A stretch of 44,393 nucleotides of DNA from Candidatus Poseidoniaceae archaeon (GTDB taxonomy: Archaea > Thermoplasmatota > Poseidoniia > Poseidoniales > Poseidoniaceae): contig CBFIJH010000003.1 of the NCBI GenBank assembly GCA_965662895.1, forward strand, positions 133,793 to 178,185, in the 5' to 3' direction. Under the pieces are notes generated by a model. It was given only the letters and a program-made list of their open reading frames with translations, was not told the DNA's origin and made no database searches. The translations under genes were made by a program, and so were the position numbers. Below, one piece after another: positions 15,924 to 25,781 of this stretch (within the stretch, counting starts at the first letter, position 1; each line of letters starts with the position of its first letter).

Positions 15924-17645
15924 ATGATGGTCGATGAAGAACTCAAATTTCAACGTGGTGACCTCGCTGGTGTTATGGCGGCCCACAGTCACGTCGCTGA
16001 CTGGGTTCGTGATTTTGAGAAGCGTTATGGCTCTCGTCCAATCTACTACGGACCTCTTGACCGAGGCGCCAAAAAGCAACGTCCACTCAATTTGATTTAC
16101 ATCACGAAAGAACCGGTATTCGTTCACATCTACGAGCCTCCAAGCGATGAGGAGGGTGGTGGGCAAGTTCTCTGGTTCGGATTGGAACCACAACTGAATG
16201 AGGAAGAAGAGAACATTCGACGTGATCTCGTGGAAACGCTTCTCCAAGAAGCACCAACAGCTCCTTCATTTACAACAGATTCAGAGTTTGAAACCATTCT
16301 CGGTCAAATGATTGACCGTTATACCATTTCAGAAACGGAGGCGAGTGTTGTCTCACGTCGTCGTGGCCGTCTGTGGGAACTTGTCGGACTTGACGACAAA
16401 CGCATCGTTGTATCGGACATGCAGCGTGAGCGGCTTCGTTACATCGTCATCCGTGATTTGATTCGTAATGGGCCACTTGAAACCCTTCTTTCAGATGAAA
16501 TGCTGGAAGATATTCACTCCGTTGGTCTGAAACACATCCACATGGATCACAAGGTCTTTGGAATGGTGACATCAAACATACGCTTCAGAGAGCGAGAAAT
16601 TCTCTCACGATACCTTCGCGCCATGTCCGAACGCATTGGTCGTCCTGTCTCTGACAACAAACCGATTATCGATGGCGCACTTCTCGACGGTTCACGTATC
16701 AACATCATTTTCTCAGATGACGTCTCGATGCTTGGTCCATCCTTCACAATCCGTAAGTTCGCAGAAGAAACCATTTCCGTTATTCAACTTATCAAATGGG
16801 GCACAATGAGTGCCCAGCAAGCAGCCTACATCTGGATTTGTTTGGAGTATGGTATGTCTGTCCTCGTTTCGGGAGAAACAGCATCGGGTAAGACAACAAC
16901 ACTGAATGCAATTCTTCCGTTTATTGACCACAACGTCAAAATCTATTCGGCTGAAGATACACCGGAAGTGAAGGTTCGTCACAAGATATGGCAACGTCTC
17001 GTCACCCGTGACTCAAAGAACGAGGACTCCCGTGTTGAGATGTTCGATCTTCTCAAAGCAGCTCTTCGTTCTCGTCCGCGCTACATCATTATTGGTGAGA
17101 TTCGTGGTGTTGAAGGTGCTACTGCCTTCCAAGCCATGCAAACAGGACACCCAGTTATCGCAACATTCCACGCATCATCGATTGTGAAAATGATTCAACG
17201 TTTTACTGGAGATCCAATCAATGTTCCAATTCGTTTCTTCGACAACCTGAACTTTGCGATTTTCCAAGAAGTCGTTGAGGCTCCAGGAGGAGGAATCGCT
17301 CGACGTATTACCGGTATTGACGAGGTCATTGGATACAACAAGCACAGCGATGGTGTCCTGACAAGAGGAATGTTTGAATGGGATCCAGTCAAAGACAAAC
17401 ACTACTTCCGTGGTATGTTCCAATCGCATCTGCTCGAGAACAAGATTGCAGCGATGGCAGGATTTGCAAACAAGCGAGACATTTACGACGAAATGCTACG
17501 TAGAGCGGCTGCAATTGAACGAATGGCTGATCGTGACCTTACGCATTACGATGACGTATTCGATCTTCTGAACATTTACTACAACAGTGGTTGGGAACAT
17601 TTTGATAGCGCCATCGATTCATGGGTTGGGGTCAACCACAACTGA
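15924..17645 (+). CDS. flaI: Archaellum motor ATPase FlaI
   Basis: DGSRINI, SFTIRKF, GETASGKTT, AEDTPE, LRSRPRYIIIGEIRG, QTGH..ATFHA. Confidence 0.96.
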   Translation: MMVDEELKFQRGDLAGVMAAHSHVADWVRDFEKRYGSRPIYYGPLDRGAKKQRPLNLIYITKEPVFVHIYEPPSDEEGGGQVLWFGLEPQLNEEEENIRRDLVETLLQEAPTAPSFTTDSEFETILGQMIDRYTISETEASVVSRRRGRLWELVGLDDKRIVVSDMQRERLRYIVIRDLIRNGPLETLLSDEMLEDIHSVGLKHIHMDHKVFGMVTSNIRFREREILSRYLRAMSERIGRPVSDNKPIIDGALLDGSRINIIFSDDVSMLGPSFTIRKFAEETISVIQLIKWGTMSAQQAAYIWICLEYGMSVLVSGETASGKTTTLNAILPFIDHNVKIYSAEDTPEVKVRHKIWQRLVTRDSKNEDSRVEMFDLLKAALRSRPRYIIIGEIRGVEGATAFQAMQTGHPVIATFHASSIVKMIQRFTGDPINVPIRFFDNLNFAIFQEVVEAPGGGIARRITGIDEVIGYNKHSDGVLTRGMFEWDPVKDKHYFRGMFQSHLLENKIAAMAGFANKRDIYDEMLRRAAAIERMADRDLTHYDDVFDLLNIYYNSGWEHFDSAIDSWVGVNHN

Positions 17646-17659
17646 GGAGGCGATGAAGG

Positions 17660-19462
17660 TTGGAACGAATGCCGATGTGGCAAATTGCCATCCGTCGGCT
17701 TGAAATGCCGATCGGCCGCTTTATTGCCATTTATGTTGGAGGCGCATTTGCAGCAGGCCTGCTCGCATCACTGTTGCTTATTTTTCTCACCGGGGGTTTT
17801 GCAGAAGGGGCACTGTTTTCTGGTCTTTCGGGAATCCTCCTTCTGTTTCTCCTTCCGATACTCGCTGCCGGTGGGGCAATGGCCTTCCCTTTGCTCGAAG
17901 TGAGCCGTTCTGCCAACCTTATCGAACGAGAAATGCACATGTTCATCACAAGAATGGGCATTCTTTCCTTAGGTGAGGTAGGAGCACAGACAATTTTCGA
18001 TATTCTCAAGCAGATGCGTGATTACGGTGAACTTGCTTCTGAAGTCCAACGGATTGAAACGCTTGTAGACAAATGGCACACATCACTTCCAGAGGCAGCG
18101 CGAATTGTGGCGCAGCAAAGTCCAAGCCCATTATGGACCGATTTTCTTGATCGAATGGCGTTTTCCATCGAAGCAGGGCAGCCAATTGACGAATTCATGC
18201 GTTCGGAACAGGAGACCGTTGCAGAGCAGTACAACACACTCTACGATACCCGACTTGAGAGTGTTGATACGATGCAAGAGATCTATGTTTCGATGGTCAC
18301 TGCTGGACTTTTTGGGCTTGTCATTGCGGGTATCCATCTCGTCCTTTTTGAGGTTGGAGGCGAAAATGATACACCGATTGAAGTTGCCTCACGATTACGA
18401 TTCCTGTTGTTAGCATCCATGCTCTTCCTGATTATCCAGGTCGCTGCGATGATGGCCTTTCGTGCGACGATACCTCGCGACCTTATTTTCGCTCGAGACG
18501 AGTTGGATACGCCGTTTCGAATCAATTTTAGACGTTCCATCCTCTCAGCAGGGGCCGTCTCGTTGATTCTACTACTGATTACTCTATTCGTGGTTCTATC
18601 AACTTGGGAAGAAATAAGCTCACAATGGGACCGCTACGGCCTTATTTTGCTCGCTGCACCGCTTTCACCGATGCTCATTCCAGCCTGGCTGATCGGCCGA
18701 GAAGAAAGCAATGTTCAACGGCGTGATGGAGCCTATCCTGACTTCATACGTGCACTTGGTGGTACGGCACAAGCTCGAAGTGCTGAACCATCGGCAACCA
18801 TCAAAGCATTACGGGGGGTTGATTTTGGTATGCTCGATGCATCAATCGATCGATTGGAACGTCGTCTTGCAACCCGAATTGATTCTGACCGAGCGTGGGA
18901 TTACTTCAATGCGGACACAAATTCTGCGGTCATATCTCGTTACACTCGGATTTACATCGAAGGTTCACAATCTTCAGGTAAACCCGCTGCAACTGCGGAG
19001 ATGGTTTCCCGTTCGGTTGGAAACCTTCTCTCACTCCGACGACGTCGAGCGCTTTCTGCCAATACCATGTGGGGCGTATCTTTGGGACTCCTTGTTGCCA
19101 GTGTCACGTCTCTAAACGTCACAATTTCGATTGTTTTGCAACTTGGTGAAGCAATCGCTGGTGTTGCTACAGGTTTGGCATCGACCGATGTAGGAGCACT
19201 CCAAGATTTTGGAAGTGGAATTGCGTTGCCAGTCATGGAAGATGCTTCATCGGTTGAAGACAACATTCGGATGTTCAAAATTATCGTATCAATTCTCATC
19301 ATTGGACAAATCATAGCAGTTTCTGCAATTGCTACACGACTTCGGGGTGGAGGAAAAACAAGTGCTGCAGGTCAAGCAATTCAACTGCTTTGGATTGCTG
19401 GTATCACTTCATGGATTACTGCCGTTCTCCTCGAAGGAGCCTCTTCCTTCTTCGGAGTTTAG
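17660..19462 (+). CDS. flaJ: Archaellum membrane platform protein FlaJ
   Basis: Polytopic GspF/TadC-like; YGELASEV, SPSPLWTDFLDRMAFSIEAG, YPDFIRALG; TTG start with GGAGG SD (ATG 17669 alternative). Confidence 0.92.
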   Translation: MERMPMWQIAIRRLEMPIGRFIAIYVGGAFAAGLLASLLLIFLTGGFAEGALFSGLSGILLLFLLPILAAGGAMAFPLLEVSRSANLIEREMHMFITRMGILSLGEVGAQTIFDILKQMRDYGELASEVQRIETLVDKWHTSLPEAARIVAQQSPSPLWTDFLDRMAFSIEAGQPIDEFMRSEQETVAEQYNTLYDTRLESVDTMQEIYVSMVTAGLFGLVIAGIHLVLFEVGGENDTPIEVASRLRFLLLASMLFLIIQVAAMMAFRATIPRDLIFARDELDTPFRINFRRSILSAGAVSLILLLITLFVVLSTWEEISSQWDRYGLILLAAPLSPMLIPAWLIGREESNVQRRDGAYPDFIRALGGTAQARSAEPSATIKALRGVDFGMLDASIDRLERRLATRIDSDRAWDYFNADTNSAVISRYTRIYIEGSQSSGKPAATAEMVSRSVGNLLSLRRRRALSANTMWGVSLGLLVASVTSLNVTISIVLQLGEAIAGVATGLASTDVGALQDFGSGIALPVMEDASSVEDNIRMFKIIVSILIIGQIIAVSAIATRLRGGGKTSAAGQAIQLLWIAGITSWITAVLLEGASSFFGV

Positions 19463-19498
19463 AAAAAGAGTATATGCTAGGTTGAGATTCACTGAGCC

Positions 19499-19942
19499 AT
19501 GCAAGCTCCTGTAAAGCAAGTCAATCCGCCCGCAACAAACATGTATCATCCGCCTCAACAGGCGATGATGGGTGGAGGATTGTTCTCGCTGCACAAATTT
19601 CTGATGATTGGCGTCATTCTGATTCTCATTGCAGTCTTGGTAAGCGTACTTCCAGACTTCTCCGGGCCTCCAGCATCGGTCGATTATACATCCGATCTCG
19701 AAGATCGAACACAAAAGATTGCAGAAGATACAGAATCGCACAACGATTTCGTCCGAATAATGGACACTTTGGCAACAATTATTGCAACGACAGGTGTTGG
19801 TCTGATTGCCTATGCCTTCGTTCGAGAAGCCTACGATGAAGATACAACAACGCCTGGGCTGCGAATCACACTGTTGATTCTCGGTACACTCATGCTTTTG
19901 CAAATTCTAGGTTCGGGAGTGAACTTTACGGCATCACTTTGA
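19499..19942 (+). CDS. Small hypothetical membrane protein (3 predicted TM segments)
   Basis: Hydrophobic segments; 36 nt after flaJ on the same strand. Confidence 0.7.
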   Translation: MQAPVKQVNPPATNMYHPPQQAMMGGGLFSLHKFLMIGVILILIAVLVSVLPDFSGPPASVDYTSDLEDRTQKIAEDTESHNDFVRIMDTLATIIATTGVGLIAYAFVREAYDEDTTTPGLRITLLILGTLMLLQILGSGVNFTASL

Positions 19943-20605
19943 TTTCTTTTTTCGGTTCATTTTCGCTTCTTCTGCAATCCGTTTCTTCGTTGCAGCCCAC
20001 GAACACATCGGGCATTGGGACAAGTCGTGATATCGAGCGGGACAATACTCCCGTCCAAAGAAGATGATTTGCAAGTGAAGGTCATTCCACGCTTCTTTCG
20101 GAAAAACCGCTTTGAGGTCTTTCTCAGTTTGTCCCACATTCTTTCCATTGGAAAGACCCCAACGGGCTGCGAGTCGATGGATGTGTGTGTCGATCGGAAA
20201 AGCCGGTATTCCGAAGGCTTGTGCAAGAACAACTCCAGCAGTTTTGTGACCAACCCCTGGAAGTGCTTCCAATTCTTCGAATGTACTCGGAATCTCACCT
20301 TGATGACGTTCAAGAAGGAGTTCTGACAATCGCTTAATGTTCTTGGCTTTTGTCGGAGCAAGACCTACTTCTCGAATCAGTGATTGGATTTGAGAGACTT
20401 CCAAGCCAGCCATCATTTCCGGATTTGGACCCTGTTTGAACAACTCGGGGGTGACCTGATTGACTTTCAAATCAGTCGTCTGTGCGCTCATCAATACTGC
20501 GATCAACAATTGGAATGGCGTGTCATGGTCGAGCGGCACAGGCGTTTCAGGATACAATTCTTCGAGCATGGTCTGAATGCGCTCAGCTTTCTCTTTGCGC
20601 CTCAT
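19934..20605 (-). CDS. nth: Endonuclease III
   Basis: LLIAVLMSAQTTD, HhH LPGVGHKTA, IDTH, C-x6-C-x2-C cluster motif (last Cys absent); start set at ATG 20605. Confidence 0.95.
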   Translation of the reverse strand: MRRKEKAERIQTMLEELYPETPVPLDHDTPFQLLIAVLMSAQTTDLKVNQVTPELFKQGPNPEMMAGLEVSQIQSLIREVGLAPTKAKNIKRLSELLLERHQGEIPSTFEELEALPGVGHKTAGVVLAQAFGIPAFPIDTHIHRLAARWGLSNGKNVGQTEKDLKAVFPKEAWNDLHLQIIFFGREYCPARYHDLSQCPMCSWAATKKRIAEEAKMNRKKKSK

Positions 20606-20613
20606 CGCCTCAC

Positions 20614-20820
20614 CTATTCTGCATATTCTGAGCCAGTGACCCAACCAAAGAACAAACCAGAGAAGATACTTGCGAGAGGTATTGCGTTGCACACAAGGAC
20701 TTCAACGATTGGTGACTCACCGTCTTGAGGTTGCCCTACCGCAATCCACAGAAGTAGACCCAGGAAGAGACCGGGAATGACCATGAGTGCGCCCATGATG
20801 AGGGTGCGTGTTAGTCGCAT
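20614..20820 (-). CDS. Small 2-TM membrane protein
   Basis: MRLTRTLIMGALMVIPGLFLG...; AGGTGA SD; fills the gap between polX and nth. Confidence 0.7.
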   Translation of the reverse strand: MRLTRTLIMGALMVIPGLFLGLLLWIAVGQPQDGESPIVEVLVCNAIPLASIFSGLFFGWVTGSEYAE

Positions 20821-20857
20821 ATCTTGACCACTCACCTTTCATTCAAGAACTGTTGCT

Positions 20858-22801
20858 TCACTGAAGGGCCAATTGCTGTGCTAAGGATTCTGAACTCATC
20901 GAGTTGATGACATCTGCTTGCTCCAACCATCCCTTTCGAGCAGTCATGACGCCGTACTGGATGTCAGCAAGACCTCGAGTTGAGTGTGCGTCCGGACTGA
21001 TTGCAACTGGAACTCCCATGAGTTTTGCATATTTGCAAAGGCGATAATCAATGTCCAATCGATATGGGCTTGCATTCAGTTCAATGGACTTAAATCGCCC
21101 TTCTTCGATGTGTTCTGCCATTGCATCAATGAGGCGATAGACATCGACTTCGTACCCTTCACGACCCTGAAGAATTCGACCCGTTGGATGTCCAAGGACG
21201 GTTGTAGCAGGGTGTTCAAGCACCTTCAACAATTCTTCAGTATTCTCGCTCTCGTCCCGGCCTCGCCATTTTGTCATAGCGTGAACCGAAGCGACAACAT
21301 AATCCAACTGCTTTAGGACGTCATCAGGGTGATCCAGCTTCCCTCCTTCAAGAATGTCGGACTCAACGCCATGAAACAATCTGAAATTTACCCCTCCATC
21401 CTGCCAGTTTTGATTGTAATCTCGGATTTTTTGGCCTTGTTCCAATAATCGGTCGGCAGGAGCTCCATTTGCGATTTTCAGTGTAGGCGAGTGGTCAGCA
21501 ATCCCGAGCCATGTCCATCCAAGTGCTTGAGCTGCATGTGCCATCTGTTCCAATGTCGCCTCTCCATCGGATACAACCGTGTGGTTATGCAGTGCACCTT
21601 GTATGGCGTCAAGCTCCAACAATTGGGGGAGATTCTGTTCGCTTCCGGATTCGATCTCTCCTGTATCTTCTCGCAATTCAGGAGGAACCCATTGCAGGTC
21701 AAGATGTGAATAGATTTCTTGTTCTGTCATGGCTGAGAGCGAATATTGTGCGGCTTCGATACCTTTCAGTTCGCCTGCTTTTGCTTCGGGAATGAGCCCG
21801 AACTCATTGAGACGAAGTCCACGGTCAATCGCTCGTTGGCGCATCGCAATGTTGTGCTCTTTGCTGCCAGTAAAGTAGGCCAACGTAAAGGCAAACATTT
21901 CAGGAGGGACCAATCGCACCTGAGCATCGATTGTACCAGCGCTCTCCAACTGTTCGTAATCATCACCGCCAATCGCCTCCAAAACGTTCGCATCGATGTG
22001 GCCGATTGAAAATCCATCCTCGAAAATACTTGCTTCAAGAATAAGGCTAATTTTCGAATCACCTGCTCCTTTGACGTCTGCGATTCCTTGCAGTGCTAGG
22101 ATTGCGTTCGCAACTTCATCATGGTTCTCTGGCTTGACGCCAACGACGATATCCAAATCTCCAATCGTTTCTTTTCGACGACGTGCACTTCCAGCAAGTT
22201 GTACCCGCTCCACGCCGGGAATAGCCTTGATTCTCTGCTCAAATGCTGTTCCATACTTGAGGCCGATGTCCAAACGACGTCGTGATCGGAATCGTGAGAG
22301 AAGTTCAATCCCATCGAGCATTCGTTGTTCTGATTTTTTCCCGAAGCCCTTCATCGGAGCAATGCGACCTTTTTCAGCAGCTTCCTTCAGTGATGCAATG
22401 GAGTCAACACCCAATTCTTCGTGCATCAATTTGATTCGCTTCGGACCAAGTCCTGGAATCCCCAGCATTTCGATCATCCCTTGCGGTGTATCCTCATGCA
22501 AACGGACCCAATCTTCCGGCCAAACGCCTTCAAGTATCGCTTGTGAAAGAGCCGAGCCGAGTCCTTTTCCAATGCCTTTCATCTCGAACAATCGGCCTGT
22601 TACAACCAATTCATGCAAATCTTCAGTAAGCGTCCCAATCATACGACTTCCGTTTTGATAGGAACGAACTCGGAAGATGTTCGCACCTTGGAGTTCGAGC
22701 AAAACAGCAACTTGATGCAGAACCGCTGCAACCTGATTACGGGAAAAGAACGGTGCACCGCTTGCACGGGCTTTCGGAAGATTGAATCCACTGCCTGCCA
22801 T
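20858..22801 (-). CDS. polX: DNA polymerase X / PHP 3'-5' exonuclease fusion
   Basis: GIGK, IPGLGPK, GFGKKS HhH motifs, AGSARR..ETIGDLD, YFTGSKEHN, LNEFG, PPELRE; PHP motifs HNHT, DHS, GVE, SVH, GHPTGR, ELNA, DAH. Confidence 0.93.
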   Translation of the reverse strand: MAGSGFNLPKARASGAPFFSRNQVAAVLHQVAVLLELQGANIFRVRSYQNGSRMIGTLTEDLHELVVTGRLFEMKGIGKGLGSALSQAILEGVWPEDWVRLHEDTPQGMIEMLGIPGLGPKRIKLMHEELGVDSIASLKEAAEKGRIAPMKGFGKKSEQRMLDGIELLSRFRSRRRLDIGLKYGTAFEQRIKAIPGVERVQLAGSARRRKETIGDLDIVVGVKPENHDEVANAILALQGIADVKGAGDSKISLILEASIFEDGFSIGHIDANVLEAIGGDDYEQLESAGTIDAQVRLVPPEMFAFTLAYFTGSKEHNIAMRQRAIDRGLRLNEFGLIPEAKAGELKGIEAAQYSLSAMTEQEIYSHLDLQWVPPELREDTGEIESGSEQNLPQLLELDAIQGALHNHTVVSDGEATLEQMAHAAQALGWTWLGIADHSPTLKIANGAPADRLLEQGQKIRDYNQNWQDGGVNFRLFHGVESDILEGGKLDHPDDVLKQLDYVVASVHAMTKWRGRDESENTEELLKVLEHPATTVLGHPTGRILQGREGYEVDVYRLIDAMAEHIEEGRFKSIELNASPYRLDIDYRLCKYAKLMGVPVAISPDAHSTRGLADIQYGVMTARKGWLEQADVINSMSSESLAQQLALQ

Positions 22802-22876
22802 GTTGTTCTCAATTGCCCACAACTCAAAAAGGATGGCAAGTGGTTGTTTCAAAAACCCCCTCCGTATGGTTCAACC

Positions 22877-23206
22877 ATGCTCGAGGTCGAGTACATCTCT
22901 TTGCTCGTCCAAGCCTTCTGTGGAACCTCCGCAATTTTGTTCATGTTCGTGGCAACGTTTTCCCGTTCGGAAAAGGCAGAACTTCTCGTTCAAAACATCA
23001 TTTTTACAACGCTCTTGCTTGCTGCGGCGTCCTTATGGTGGCTCTCATTAGCCGGCGGCTCACTGTTGGGTTCCAACTATTTGCCACGCCCACTTTCGAT
23101 TGTGTGCATCGTCCTTGCGATTGCTGCTCGAATGAACATTAAAGGAGAAAACGTCTCGTTTGGAGCAAATCCACACAGCATCGGAAGGCAAGGTGAAGAA
23201 GAGTAA
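22877..23206 (+). CDS. Small 3-TM membrane protein
   Basis: Hydrophobic ORF from ATG 22877, divergent from polX. Confidence 0.65.
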   Translation: MLEVEYISLLVQAFCGTSAILFMFVATFSRSEKAELLVQNIIFTTLLLAAASLWWLSLAGGSLLGSNYLPRPLSIVCIVLAIAARMNIKGENVSFGANPHSIGRQGEEE

Positions 23207-23524
23207 TCAAACGATTTCGCCTGGTTGTTCATCGGATGATTCCGCAGATTCCTTCTCCATTTTTTGGTTGATGAAGGTGCGCATGTACTCCGGCAGTTCC
23301 CCGTTAACGAAAATCACATCATTAACGGATTCAAGTTTTTTGAGTGAATAGTAAATTTGCATCGCAGTCATCGGTGTCGATGAACAACCAGTGCATCCTC
23401 CATCGAGTGAAAGCATGATGTTTCCTTCGCTCGTGTCAAGAACGGTAACAACGCCATCGTGTGCATCGAGCACTTCTTGGACAGGACCGATCTCAGCAAG
23501 GACCTCCTCTGCGCTGATGCTCAT
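23207..23524 (-). CDS. NifU-like Fe-S cluster carrier
   Basis: L.AHDGVV...LSLDGGCTGCSST NifU-C CxxC motif. Confidence 0.85.
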   Translation of the reverse strand: MSISAEEVLAEIGPVQEVLDAHDGVVTVLDTSEGNIMLSLDGGCTGCSSTPMTAMQIYYSLKKLESVNDVIFVNGELPEYMRTFINQKMEKESAESSDEQPGEIV

Positions 23525-23671
23525 AGTCACCCGACGGCGTCCACCTCTTTCAACGATTGGATAGAGCAAACCTCGGCGTAAGGAATACCAATCAGAAACT
23601 ACCCGTTTAAGCGTATTATCACAGGGAATCTCTTATGAGGGGTTCCTAGGTCGGCCAAAGTACAGGTGTAC

Positions 23672-25735
23672 ATGATGATGGAAAATATACCATTGATTGC
23701 AGCAGGCGCAGGTGCCGTAGGACTTTTGATTGCATTTTACCTTTACAATCAAGTAACGAAGGTCAAAATCGACAACGAAGTCGTCGCAGACATTACAGAC
23801 GAAATTCAAAAGGGCGCTATGGCGTTCCTTTTCGCAGAATACCGAATTCTATCGGTTTTCGTCGTTGTTGTCGGTGCTGTACTTGCCTATCTCAACGATC
23901 TTGACACGGCCATTGCCTTCTTCGCTGGTGCTATCGCATCGGTTCTCGCTGGATTCTCAGGAATGCGTTCCGCAACCTCTGCCAACGGCCGAACAGCCAT
24001 GGCCGCAAAGAACGACGGTCAAGCCGGCGCTCTTGCGGTATCCTACAACGGTGGAGCCGTTATGGGATTGTCTGTCGGTGGTCTCGGTCTTCTGGGGATC
24101 TCCCTCATCGCATACTGGCTCGGTGCTGAAGACGGAAGCACACTCTCCGCAGCAGCAGGATTCGGTATGGGTGCTTCCTCCATCGCACTCTTTGCTCGTG
24201 TTGGTGGCGGAATTTACACCAAGGCTGCGGACGTTGGAGCCGACCTCGTTGGAAAAGTCGAGGCCGGTATTCCTGAAGACGACCCACGAAACCCTGGTGT
24301 TATCGCTGACAACGTCGGTGACAACGTCGGTGACGTTGCAGGAATGGGTGCCGACATCTTCGAATCCTTTGTCGGTTCAATCATTGCTGCCATGATCATC
24401 GCAAGTGATGATACTGCACCAATGGCCATCGATTACGTACTCATGCCAATCCTCCTCGGATTCATCGGATATGCTGCTTCCATTATCGGTGTCTTCTCAA
24501 TGACCTTCCTCAAGAATGGAAGCGACCCAGCAGCAGCCCTTCGAAATACGACTTTCATCGCAGCCATCCTCTTTTGGGCAGGTGGCTATCTCTCCATCCA
24601 ACAAGGTCTGATTTCTGTTGAATACGGAATCATGCACTCCGTCGTTCTCGGAAGCGTTGTTGGAATCCTCATCGGTCTTGTTACAGAATACTACACCGGT
24701 ATCGAACCAGTCTTTGGAATTAAGACAAAGGCGATTCCTCACATTGGTGAAATGTCCAAGACAGGTCCTGCAACCAACGCTATTGCAGGTCTATCCGTTG
24801 GAATGATGTCGACCTTCATTCCAGTCGTTCTCATTGCACTCGGTATTCTGGGAGCAAACGAATTCGGTGGAGACAAATACGGCCTCTACTGCATTGCGAT
24901 GGCCGCTATGGGTATGCTCGCAACGGTCGGCGTTACAATGACGGTCGATGCATACGGTCCAGTTGCTGACAACGCAGGTGGAATCGCAGAGATGAGTGGA
25001 CTTGGTGACGATGTACGTGCCATTACGGACGAACTCGACTCGATTGGAAACACAACGGCAGCTGTTGGTAAGGGATTCGCTATTGGATCCGCTGCTTTGA
25101 CTGCACTCGCTCTCTTCGCTGCATACACAACATCCGTCGGTGGTGTCAATCTCGACTTGACTGAGCCAATGGTCGTCATCGGTCTTCTCATTGGTGGCGG
25201 ACTACCATTTGTTGTTGCTGCCATGACCATGACTTCAGTCGGTAAGGCTGCAGGTGACATGGTTGTCGAGATTCGCCGACAGTTCAAGGAAATCCCTGGA
25301 CTCCTCGAAGGAAAGGAAGGCGTCAAACCAGATTCCCAAACATGTGTCGACATCTCGACAAAGGCTGCCCTGCGTGAGATGGTTGGACCTGGTGTTGTGG
25401 CCGTTGTTGCCCCAGTCGTCATCGGGTTTGGACTCGGAACCGCCGCTCTGGGTGGTATGCTTGCAGGCTCTCTTGTAACTGGTGTTTTGATGGCGCTCTT
25501 CATGGCCAACGCTGGTGGTGCTTGGGACAACGCCAAGAAAGCCATCGAACAGGATCATATTCCTGGTGCAAAGAAGGGTGACGATGCCCACGATGCAGCC
25601 GTTATCGGTGATACGATCGGTGACCCATTCAAGGACACCTCCGGACCATCGCTCAACATTCTCATCAAGTTGATGTCCATCGTTGCTGTTGTTCTCGCCG
25701 GTACTGGCAAGCTCACTGACAATGGACTTCTTTGA
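23672..25735 (+). CDS. hppA: Membrane-bound ion-translocating pyrophosphatase, K+-dependent, probably Na+-pumping
   Basis: [69 protein letters not shown]. Confidence 0.96.
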   Translation: MMMENIPLIAAGAGAVGLLIAFYLYNQVTKVKIDNEVVADITDEIQKGAMAFLFAEYRILSVFVVVVGAVLAYLNDLDTAIAFFAGAIASVLAGFSGMRSATSANGRTAMAAKNDGQAGALAVSYNGGAVMGLSVGGLGLLGISLIAYWLGAEDGSTLSAAAGFGMGASSIALFARVGGGIYTKAADVGADLVGKVEAGIPEDDPRNPGVIADNVGDNVGDVAGMGADIFESFVGSIIAAMIIASDDTAPMAIDYVLMPILLGFIGYAASIIGVFSMTFLKNGSDPAAALRNTTFIAAILFWAGGYLSIQQGLISVEYGIMHSVVLGSVVGILIGLVTEYYTGIEPVFGIKTKAIPHIGEMSKTGPATNAIAGLSVGMMSTFIPVVLIALGILGANEFGGDKYGLYCIAMAAMGMLATVGVTMTVDAYGPVADNAGGIAEMSGLGDDVRAITDELDSIGNTTAAVGKGFAIGSAALTALALFAAYTTSVGGVNLDLTEPMVVIGLLIGGGLPFVVAAMTMTSVGKAAGDMVVEIRRQFKEIPGLLEGKEGVKPDSQTCVDISTKAALREMVGPGVVAVVAPVVIGFGLGTAALGGMLAGSLVTGVLMALFMANAGGAWDNAKKAIEQDHIPGAKKGDDAHDAAVIGDTIGDPFKDTSGPSLNILIKLMSIVAVVLAGTGKLTDNGLL

Positions 25736-25781
25736 GAAGATTAAGCGTTAGCCTCTTGAACAGAGGTCGATAGGGCAATCC

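Noticed and set aside
17653-17703. Out-of-frame ATG right after GGAGG upstream of flaJ (16-codon mini-ORF or frameshift)
   Set aside because: Only 2 nt from the SD; TTG 17660 or ATG 17669 give normal spacing and a full-length FlaJ.
19499-19942. Possible flaK prepilin peptidase after flaJ
   Set aside because: Too short and lacks the two catalytic Asp motifs (D....I and GGGD).
21996-25545. Long antisense ORFs such as 21996..22658(+) and 24886..25545(-)
   Set aside because: They mirror polX and the pyrophosphatase; Ser/Pro/Thr-rich antisense translation typical of codon bias, with no RBS or motifs.
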